Source: Macrostomum hystrix
Taxonomy: Eukaryota > Animalia > Platyhelminthes
DNA: 64,000 nucleotides
NCBI GenBank assembly: GCA_950097015.1
Contig: CATNEN010000039.1
Span: 7,068,001-7,132,000, forward strand
Reading direction: 5' to 3'
Shown: positions 49,786 to 60,227 of the stretch, in pieces
Layout of the letters: each line of letters starts with the position of its first letter
Numbering within the stretch: the stretch's first letter is position 1
Translations under genes and position numbers: made by a program
Notes under the pieces: model-generated
What the model was told of the DNA's origin: nothing
Database searches by the model: none
Seen by the model: the letters and a program-made list of their open reading frames with translations, nothing else

Positions 49786-51861
49786 ATGCAGTCCGCAGCT
49801 GACGATCCTACGGAGAGCGACCGCTACTGCTATCTGCGCCTGTCCGACCTTACTCAATCTGAAATCCCAGCTGGAGCGGCCCAACAATGCGCCGCTCACT
49901 GCCGCTCCGTGGCCGACTTTCAGAAACTAGAACGGATCGGCGAAGGCACCTACGGTGTTGTCTATCGCGCCCGCGACCTAGAAAACGAACAACCCGTGGC
50001 GCTGAAACGGGTGCGCATGAGCCAGCAGGATGGCAGTCGGCACGGCTTGCCAATGTCTTCGCTGCGCGAGATCAGCCTACTGCTCCGCTGCCGGCACGAG
50101 AACATTGTGCAGCTTCGCGAGGTGGCTGTTGGTCGCGGCCTGTCGCACATCTTCCTCGTGATGGAATACTGTGAGCAGGATTTAGCTAGCCTCATCGACA
50201 ACATGCCAGCCCCGTTCACCGAGGCCCAGGTCAAGTGCATCATGCTGCAGGTGAGGCTCCTCTTTACTGACCTTGTGACTTTTGGTTCCTGAGGGGCCAA
50301 TATCCTTGAGCCGAAGAGCTTGATGTCACATTCATTTTGACTTGAGGTCGCTTTCTGAGGGACATACATTAGTAGCTTGTGAGTTGAGGTAGCTTTCTAA
50401 GGGACATACATTAGTAGCTTGTGAGTTGAGGCCGCTTTCTGAAGGACATACATTAGTAGCTTGTGGGTTGAGGTCGCTTTCTGAGGGACATACATTAGTA
50501 GCTTGTGAGTTGAGGTCGCTTTCTGTGGGACTTACATTAGTAGCTTGTGAGTTGAGGCCGCTTTCTGAGGGACATACATTAGTAGCTTGTGAGTTGAGGC
50601 CGCTTTCTGAGGGACATACATTAGTAGCTTGTGAGTTGAGGCCGCTTTCTGAGGGACATACATTAGTAGCTTGTGTGTTGAGGCCGCTTTCTGAGGGACA
50701 TACATTAGTAGCTTGTGAGTTGAGGTAGCTTTCTAAGGGACATACATTAGTAGCTTGTGAGTTGAGGTAGCTTTCTGAGGGACATACATTAGTAGCTTGT
50801 GAGTTGAGGTAGCTTTCTGAGTGACATACATTAGTAGCTTGTGAGTTGAGGTAGCTTTCTGAGGGACATACATTAGTAGCTTGTGAGTTGAGGCCGCTTT
50901 CTGAGGGACATACATTAGTAGCTTGTGAGTTGAGGTCACTTTCTGAAGGACATACATTAGTAGCTTGTGAGTTGAGGTCGCTTTCTGAAGGACATACATT
51001 AGTAGCTTGTGAGTTGAGGTCACTTTCTGAAGGACATACATTAGTAGCTTGTGAGTTGAGGTCGCTTTCTGAAGGACATACATTAGTAACTTGTCGGTGA
51101 TTCGGAGGAATGAAAAAGAAAAACTTCATGATAACTTTGCCATGTTTGCGCTAGGTATTCGACGGTCTAGCCTATCTACACAACAATTTCATAATTCATC
51201 GCGACATCAAGGTTTCCAACCTGTTGCTGACAGATGGAGGCGTTTTAAAAATAGCCGATTTCGGTTTAGCAAGAACTTTCCAGTTGCCTTTGAAACCAGC
51301 TTCCACGCCGGTTGTGGTCACTCTGTGGTATCGGGCCATCGAACTGTTGTTAGGCGATGACAGGCACACCACTGCCATTGACATGTGGTCCGCTGGTTGC
51401 GTCATGGCCGAGCTGCTGCTGAATAAGCCCCTGCTACCCGGACAGTCAGAGATACAACAGGTGAGACTCTTCGATTTGTTATTTCGTGACCCCTGTACGC
51501 TAAGGGTTTATATGTCTATATTAATGGGCACACCATCTAGGTAAACCTGATCATCGAGCTGTTGGGCACTCCGCACGAGGCCATCTGGCCAGGCGTCAGT
51601 CAGCTACCAGCGTTGAGACAATTCAGCCTGCGCCAGCAGCCCTACAACAATCTGCGCCAGAGGCTGCCGGCACTCAGCGAGCGCGGCCTCAGCCTTCTGC
51701 ACCACCTGTTCATGTTCGACCCCGCGCACCGGGCCTCCGCTGCCGAAGCCTACAGCCACAGTTACTTCAAGGAGTCGCCCTATCCCTGCCAGCCCGCCAT
51801 GATGCCCTCGTTTCCGCAGCATCGATTGAAGAGGAGGAAACTTCCACCGCCAAGGGAATGA
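49786..51861 (+). CDS. CDK10: Cyclin-dependent kinase 10
   Basis: Exons 49786-50250, 51155-51460, 51541-51861. [33 protein letters not shown] (PISSLRE equivalent), [62 protein letters not shown]. Confidence 0.95.
50338..51093. repeat. 42-bp minisatellite in CDK10 intron 1 (~18 copies)
   Basis: Unit GAGTTGAGGCCGCTTTCTGAGGGACATACATTAGTAGCTTGT. Confidence 0.96.
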
Positions 51862-51949
51862 GGCTGCGATGTTGACCGAACTCACGCAATCGTGTCACTT
51901 TTGAATAATTGATATTGTAGCCTGTGACGAATGGGTCACTAGATTCACT

Positions 51950-53045
51950 CTCACTGATTCTTCAGCTGAATCACTGCAGTGCTGTCACTGATCATTCAGC
52001 TGAATCACTGCAGTGCTGTCACTGATCATTCAACTGAATCACTGCAGTGCTGTCACTGATCATTCAACTTAATCACTGCAGTGCTGTCACTGATCATTCA
52101 ATTGAATCACTGCAGTGCTGTCACTGATTCTTTAGCTAAATCACTGCAGTGCTGTCACTGATCATTTAACTGAATCACTGCAGTGCTGTCACTGATTCTA
52201 TAGCTAAATCACTGCAGTGCTGTCACTGATCATTTAACTGAATCACTGCAGTGCTGTCACTCATCATTTAACTGAATCACTGCAGTGCTGTCACTGATCA
52301 TTCAACTGAATCACTGCAGTGCTGTCACTGATCATTCAACTGAATCACTGCAGTGCTGTCACTGATTCTTTAGCTGAATCACTGCAGTGCTGTCACTGAT
52401 TCTTTAGCTGAATCACTGCAGTGCTGTCACTGATCATTCAACTGAATCACTGCAGTGCTGTCACTGATTCTTTAGCTGAATCACTGCAGTGCTGTCACTG
52501 ATCATTCAACTGAATCACTGCAGTGCTGTCACTGATTCTATAGCTAAATCACTGCAGTGCTGTCACTGATCATTTAACTGAATCACTGCAGTGCTGTCAC
52601 TGATCATTTAACTGAATCACTGCAGTGCTGTCACTGATCATTCAACTGAATCACTGCAGTGCTGTCACTGATCATTCAACTGAATCACTGCAGTGCTGTC
52701 ACTGATTCTTTAGCTGAATCACTGCAGTGCTGTCACTGATTCTTTAGCTGAATCACTGCAGTGCTGTCACTGATTCTTTAGCTGAATCACTGCAGTGCTG
52801 TCACTGATCATTCAACTGAATCACTGCAGTGCTGTCACTGATTCTTTAGCTAAATCACTGCAGTGCTGTCACTGATTCTTTAGCTAAATCACTGCAGTGC
52901 TGTCACTGATTCTTTAGCTGAATCACTGCAGTGCTGTCACTGATCATTCAACTGAATCACTGCAGTGCTGTCACTGATTCTTTAGCTAAATCACTGCAGT
53001 GCTGTCACTGATCATTTAACTGAATCACTGCAGTGCTGTCACTAA
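51950..53045. repeat. 34-bp minisatellite with a palindromic core, downstream of the CDK10 stop
   Basis: Unit TCACTGATCATTCAACTGAATCACTGCAGTGCTG; core CACTGCAGTG. Confidence 0.96.
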
Positions 53046-53055
53046 TCATGTTTCC

Positions 53056-53480
53056 TTCATGTTCATGTTCATGTTCATGTATTGTAAACTTCATGTTCAT
53101 GTTCATGTTCATGTATTGTAAACTTCATGTTCATGTTCATGTTCATGTATTGTAAACTTCATGTTCATGTTCATGTTCATGTATTGTAAACTTCATGTTC
53201 ATGTTCATGTTCATGTATTGTAAACTTCATGTTCATGTTCATGTTCATGTATTGTAAACTTCATGTTCGTGTTCATGTTCATGTATTGTAAACTTTATGT
53301 TCATATTCATGTTCATGTATTGTAAACTTCATGTTCATGTTCATGTTCATGTATTGTAAACTTCATGTTCATGTATTGTAAACTTCATGTTCATGTATTG
53401 TAAACTTCATGTTCATGTTCATGTTCATGTATTGTAAACTTCATGTTCATGTTCATGTTCATGTATTGTAAACTTCATGT
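53056..53480. repeat. Compound 34-bp repeat (TTCATG)4-TATTGTAAAC
   Basis: Read directly; some units have only two hexamers. Confidence 0.95.
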
Positions 53481-53565
53481 TTACAATACGTTCTATGTTT
53501 CGTATTGTAATTTTGTTAACATTTTTATTCCTTTACTTTATTCAATAGCACATGTATTAGTATTC

Positions 53566-53571
53566 AATAAA
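53566..53571 (+). terminator. Candidate poly(A) signal of CDK10
   Basis: First AATAAA seen after the CDK10 stop, followed by GT/T-rich sequence. Confidence 0.45.
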
Positions 53572-53973
53572 AAAGTTATTTGTAGTGGTGCCTCGTCGTA
53601 CTTGTTTAAAAAATCTGACCTGTTTATCAAATTATGATAAGCACAGTACTCAAAGGCCATAGTTCATTACAATTTCATTGCTTTTGTTGTGCCTTTCACT
53701 GTGACAATTAGTCTACCTTTCTTGAACAAATTGTAAGTTGCTTGTTTGTATTTCTGTTTCTTGAATTACTTACAATTTGTACTTTTAAAATCTAGTTTGT
53801 TGTCATTATTGTCGCTTAATCGAAAATAAAAGCATAGATTATCTAGTTGCCTGATTACCACAACACTACATTGCTTACTGAGTTGAAGGCGTTGTACTGA
53901 CTTTTTTCTGTAGTACTGTTTTAAATACAAAGGAATCGATTTAAGCAAATGTCATAAATGTAATTGGTTCCAG

Positions 53974-54318
53974 TCTACTAGCCGTACAGGGGCATCGGCG
54001 ACTGAGAGCGCAGCGGAGAACCCCGCTGCGCCGCCCCTGGCCACCGTGATTGGCAGCACAGGCCTGAAGCTGACGGTGCTCCAATGGACCGGCGTCGCCA
54101 CGTGGCAATGGCTGGCGAACGATGACACCTGCGGCATCTGTCGGAACGCTTTCGATGGCGTCTGCTCGGAGTGCAAATTTCCCGGCGACGACTGCCCGCT
54201 GGTCTGGGGGCAGTGTTCACATTGCTTTCACATTCACTGCATTATGAAGTGGTTAAACTCGCAGCAGAGCAAACAGCAGTGTCCGATGTGTCGACAGGAA
54301 TGGAAGTTCAAGGAGTGA
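53974..54318 (+). CDS. ANAPC11: Anaphase-promoting complex subunit 11 (RING-H2); no in-frame ATG upstream of the RING domain
   Basis: LKLTVLQWTGVATWQWLANDDTCGICRNAFDGVCSECKFPGDDCPLVWGQCSHCFHIHCIMKWLNSQQSKQQCPMCRQEWKFKE*, intact. Acceptor TTCCAG ends at 53973 in phase 0. Confidence 0.95.
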   Translation, partial: STSRTGASATESAAENPAAPPLATVIGSTGLKLTVLQWTGVATWQWLANDDTCGICRNAFDGVCSECKFPGDDCPLVWGQCSHCFHIHCIMKWLNSQQSKQQCPMCRQEWKFKE

Positions 54319-57300
54319 TTCCAAGCGCGAACCAATGCCCTCACATCATCATATGTTCTTGTCTACATATTTCGATTGAAGTTCAATTCCAATTATTAAT
54401 TTCCGTATAACTGTTGTCAAATATTAAATATAACTCTCTAATATGTGAACTTGCATGTTTCCTTCAAGTGTACCTAATGATAAATCTATATATTTCGTGT
54501 CCTTTTTTCGTCTGTAAATATGCTTCTTTTTTCATGTGATCGATGTATAATCTAGGAACAATTAGCAATGAGAAATCGATTTGAGGTATTATTAAAAAAA
54601 AATGAGACGAGTATGTATGATTATGAGTATGAGTTATGAGGTGTATGAGTTGTATATCCCGCACCCGCACCTACTGTTGATATGTGTTTCGCAGTCATGT
54701 GTATCAGAATTTTCCAATTGGTTAGATCCACTAGCTCTATGCTTTTCACTGTATCTGAAAGCGTGCTTAGTTGTTCCCAAAATACTTATTTGAGTTTGCT
54801 ATTGCGCTTTTTAATGTACATTTTAATCTAATATTATCTGGTACCCTTATATGTAGCAAGCAGACATATATATACCAGTTCTCACTTCTTGCTCAGGCTT
54901 CGTCAAAAAATAGCGCATCCCAAATCTGCCACAGGTTTGTTTCATTCAGTGGCAGGAAGGGCTCAGCTACACGCTTGCACACTAAGAAGTGGTAAAGTTT
55001 AATGCCGCATATCACAGTATTGTTTTTAAATTTTTAAATATCAGACTAAGTTCAGTATTTAAATGTGTCACACGGTATAACAAATACAAAAGCAGTAAAT
55101 CTATTTGTATGCAATACACGAAGAAACTGTACCCTAAGAGTATAATATAAGAGACAACCAAACATCGTAAAATAAATAATAAAATAATTTTAATGGCAGA
55201 TAATTTGCTTTATACTCTCGGTTATTTTGAATAGGTTCAACAAAAAATACGTTTATAGGTTATAAGTTTAAGTTCTCTTCATAGCTTTCGTCTTTATTAT
55301 TGATTTTCGGATCAGGATCGATTGACAAAGTACTGTGAAGAAGAGGGCCTGGTTTCTTGCAACTGACTCTTTTAATTTAACATTATTTCCTTCCAAAAAC
55401 TAGTGCATCTGGTAAACTCACAAAGGAGCACAAGGGTCAAGGTCTGTACTCTAGTCTTTAATCAGTGGCACTACATGTCTTTAATAAGCTATCTATGTTA
55501 GTGTTGCTTTAGCTACTCAGCCTAAATAGGCCTATTAGAAAGCAAGTGTTATCTTGCTACAAGTTCTAGTTTTAGTGTCTATGTGGTTTTTTGTTATATA
55601 AGTTTAACCAAGACTTGACACAGCCTTTCAAATTTAGTTTGAAAGGTTTTATAAAACTACAATATAAAGGTATTGTAAAACTATACAAGCAGATATATAT
55701 TTTCAAAATAGCTATATAAATGCCCTATTATATATTCAGTATCAGAAATCTTAAAGTTAAAGAACAACAGCAACACAATACATGTTTGTGTCAAAATATT
55801 GCTTATATGTACTTGTATTGATCCCAACATATGTAGCTATGGAACAAATATCTATCTAGCAAGTTGCAATATGATAACTAAAACAAAAAATATATAGGGC
55901 CTATTGACATCAAAAGAAAAATCAAGACCCAAAAACAAACTCAGGCCCATGTACTTTTTTGTAAATATTTTTAAAGCCTATTATCTAGAGACAACTATTG
56001 TGCCCTTAAGCATAGGCCTAGTAGTGGCAGATAACTAGGCCTAAGGATGTAGCTGCTTTGACCCTATATGCAAGACTGGGTACATTGTGGCCATGTTGCA
56101 AATTGCAAGTCTACATAGCTAGAGACATGGCTACCAAGGCTTATGGCATAGAAGTGACAATAACTAGGGTAATGTATCATCAACTGAACAGTGTATCTTC
56201 AAAACCAAACAAGAATTTTGACTTCTTCCTTGGTCTCGTGCAAGACAGAAACAAGCTATTGTGTTTCACAGAACAACTAATTTGAAGGTTGAAGAAATTA
56301 TCTACAAGCTGAGGCATGATGTGCAATGAAGCATTAAGAGGAAAGAAAAATATTGACGTTTCAGTAGAAATTTTTATTGCAAAAGCATACTTTTTAACAA
56401 CATTTTTTCAGTATGTACTTTAGACAAAGATTGTATATGGTTGTTTGCCAATTAAATGACCATAAATGTAGTTATTTATAGAGCATGAAAAATGCTATCA
56501 AATTACATAATTCATGATAGTTCACTCCTTAAAATAAGATTAAACCACTCACTCAAATTGTAAAACCAAACATCAAATTCTCTGTTTGGTTTGAAGATAC
56601 ATGAAAATCATTGTTCGGTTTAGATAAAAAGCAGGAATTAACTTTTTTCTATTTGATAAAATAGCAAAAGCAGATACTTTTTAGAAAGATGTAACTGTTT
56701 TCTATAACTCGGCTTTTGATTTATCATCATATCTTAAATAGAAAATCTGTAGCTTAGGTTTGAAGTTAAAAAAATACACATTCTTGTTTGGTTGATGATA
56801 CATTACCCTAAGATCAATGACACTAGGCTATGGCTCTATCCTTAGAAACTGAGATAGATAAACAGACCTGCCATTCTCTAGTCATGGTGTTCAGAAAATC
56901 AACCATATTTAGCTAAGCCTATGATGTATCCTTAACACATATGATTCCATCAATTTGATAGAAATAAAGACATTTTTGTATTTTTTTGTTTCTATTAAAA
57001 ATATTCAACTTTTTAAAAGGAAAGTGCTTAGCTACAACAATGCTGCTCATTGACTCTGCACAAAAGCCACTGTTTGTAAGGCATTGATTAGCAGTTCCTA
57101 GTGATGTAGGAGTGTCTTGATTCCACTGGAAACTGAATAACTGAAGATCTAAGTGGCTAGGGAGACTTTCATTTTCTGGCCTAATTAGAGGCTGAAATAT
57201 CTAAGTGACTAGCTTCTGTCCTTGTTGTAATAGTCAATGACCTGGCCTTGCAGATGCTTGATGGTTACACACTTGTTAAATGGTAGTAATTTCTTCCTTA

Positions 57301-57519
57301 GCTGAACTGGCACAATGAATTCTCCAGATATTTTTATTACAATGATATGACTAATTTTGACAATCTTTGCTCCCTCTGCAATAGTTTTTTGTCCCTTTCA
57401 TTTGAGATGCAACTGAATTGCACAAGTTTGGGTGGGTACATATTTTACACCTTCTCTTCTGTTCTTATAATGGATAATCATTCTAGGTCTTCTTGAACAA
57501 TCATGAGGCAACACTAGTT

Positions 57520-57797
57520 CCTTGTCTGGCAAAGCATTCCATTGCAAGTGCTTGAGTTTGATTGTGTCTTTGAAGCTCACAAATTTAGGCACTGTCTGTA
57601 AAATGTTTATTGCAGACTCTTAGGCCTTTTCTGATTTCATTGAGATCCAAGAAGTTGAGCTCTAGGATTTGCTGTGAGCATCTTGCCATATTATCATTGT
57701 TTGGAAAGGGATAAAATTTAATTGGAATTCTATCTTCAGTTGGCAATGTAACAGAACTCATACTAGTAGAAGTGCAGCAGAGCCAACTATAAGTCAA
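57520..57797 (-). pseudogene. Degenerate THAP-type zinc-finger fragment, probably a DNA-transposon relic
   Basis: IKFYPFP..LRVCNKHFTDS, then after a frameshift KLKHLQWNALP, matching the THAP pattern FP..C-x2-HF..L..AVP. Confidence 0.55.
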
Positions 57798-60227
57798 GAA
57801 TGCAAATAAATTAATCTTAGTGTCTCTACTTTAAAAAAAGCAAAATGATCTCTTAATAAGTAATACAGACAGGCACTTTAAACCAAGGAAACAATGAGCT
57901 GTTGTCTTGATTAATCAGTGAGAGCTTTCTATATAGGCACAGTAGGCCCAGCTTTTGGCTAGGCTATGTGATCCTATCTTTCTGCCTCATTTGCGATTTG
58001 CTCATGCAGTGACCCTTGTACCCTCCTCACTCCAATGTCTTGTTTAGAGATAACAACTATACCCTGCATCCACCACTTTATTTCTTACAAGTGTTCTTAT
58101 GTCTACCTGCTAAAGGTACATTATGTCTAAAGGTACATTTTAGTGGGCATCATCTAATGTACATTTAGCTGAACTGATAATTAAGTTGTTTATGTCTCTA
58201 TTCCTCACTTGTAAACCACACAAGCCTTTCTTTTGTATAAGGAACTTCTGGATTCTTTACTTGCTACTGAACTGAAAGTAGGAAATCGAAAAAGCAAAGA
58301 CATTTGCCAAAGTGCCAATCTTGTTATTATATTATCTGTTCAGTTAATTGCTAGCTGCACATTATTGTCACACACCAAGCCTGCCATAGCTCTGACTGGC
58401 TCTAGGAATAAGAGGTCACAAAAAAACTCTTCATTTCTAAAATGCTATAACTAAGGAAGATATTTTCTTTGTTGACATTCTTAAGTAGGTAGATCTTATA
58501 AGGTTGCTCATAGGCTATTGTTTCACATATTTGTTTATTGTAAGTATATAAAAATAAATACTTGCTTGAGAATCCCAGAAATAGCTTTTTAGAAATACCT
58601 CAAAAATCAACTTACATAAATTGTTTTTATTGGCTGTGGTGTAGGATAAATGTGCAAGCTTTCTTTTTTGTTAAGATTTGAATTCCCTATATTTTGGTAA
58701 AATGTCTAGTTTTAAACACTAGCTACGTCATAGCACCTACTGCATGGCTTCTCTTTTAACTTTTAATAAATTATATAAAAAGTGAAATTATATGAAAATT
58801 AATATAACACCCATTATAATCTAAATTAACAATTAACTTACATGATACATGTTTTTCTATATGCATTTTTGTTTGCATATTTTCTATTGAGTGAAGAGTT
58901 TTGCGTGTTAATCAGACACACAAAACTCCCACTTCTAGACAATGGGGGACAATTGCCTAGGAATTTATAACAGTCACGTGACACTGCAATTGCTTCTTAT
59001 TCCGTAAGTAGTTTGTAGTCTTCTTGATCCTTGTAGTCCTTGTTCTTCTTCTTCTTATTCTGGTCAACCATGAGGTTTCGAGTCTGTTTCTTGAGTCTTT
59101 GGAGTCTTGTCTTCTTTTGTCTTCCTGGCAGCTGCTTGAGTTTGTCTGTTGGCCAATAAATGATGAGAGCGAATCAGATTGTTGGTTTCCTTGAGCTTGA
59201 AATTCACATTAGAAATGTGCGCCCTAGTGAACAATTGAAATGTCTCTTGTATATCTCTAATAGGTCACCTGAAGGGCATCTTCTTCGTTACCTCCAAAAG
59301 ATAATGGATAACTCAAATTAAATCAATCAATAATCCTCTAGGAATGTATCCTAGGAAACAAGGAGGCCTTTTTCAAATGTATCAACAATATGTGGCTCTC
59401 GTGAACTTAGTTCAATTCAACAACTATTGCTAGCAATAAATAACTCTGTCTAGTAAAGCGCTTACCACTTGTCTTTCCATCAGAGATGAGTCCTCTTCTT
59501 CGTAAGATGTTTTGAAGTCCGGTGGAATGCTCCAAGTCTGAATTTTCAGCTCGGATTTTCGCTTGTATTTATAGTAAAATTTTGGGGGAAAACTGGTTCT
59601 ACTACCGGGTGTTTACTTAGGTCACACATATTTGTTTAGTGAGTCATGATTGTGAGTTTTACCATATTTAAAATTCAAGCAAATACAGCTGTCAAGAACT
59701 GGTTCTCCAGTTTAATGTCACATGACTTTGTTTCTAAAAATAGCGCATGACTCATTCCTAAAAATAGATTAAACATTCTATCTAAGCTTTCGTTGTGATA
59801 TTACTTTAAGAAGCGCGTAAGAAAATAGAATATTATACTACTCTCTACATGGGGACATTGTCAGGGTTGATTTTTTTAATGCCTTGAATAACAGAAAGCT
59901 ACAAGTTTATAAGAAAATAATAGTCTAAAATAGCCTTCATATATTGCCTTCAATAAAACGTTCACATATCAGCTGTGTTAGGAATATGTAATTTTTTCCT
60001 ATTGCGTATATGAATTTAACTTTTTTACTTTTGTATAACTATTCTCGGAATCAATTAATTGTATATTTTTTGTTTCAGCATTCTGAAGCTCCCAAAGAAG
60101 ACAAAAACTTGTATCTAGCCTGCCTATATTCATAAGAACATTTAGTTCAGACTTACAAAGCTTCAGCAGAGCACAAGCTTTAACACACGCCAAGTGTGCT
60201 TGGTGCAACACTGAAGCAGCTTGGGCC

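Noticed and set aside
5215-53480. Regularly spaced repeats as possible CRISPR arrays
   Set aside because: Units are head-to-tail without unique spacers, there are no cas genes, and the context is eukaryotic.
59000-59590. Coding-like minus-strand stretches (KFYYKYKRKSELKIQTW.. with a GTAAG donor; DIQETFQLF..)
   Set aside because: Short, interrupted by a stop, with no start codon or recognisable domain; insufficient to call a gene.
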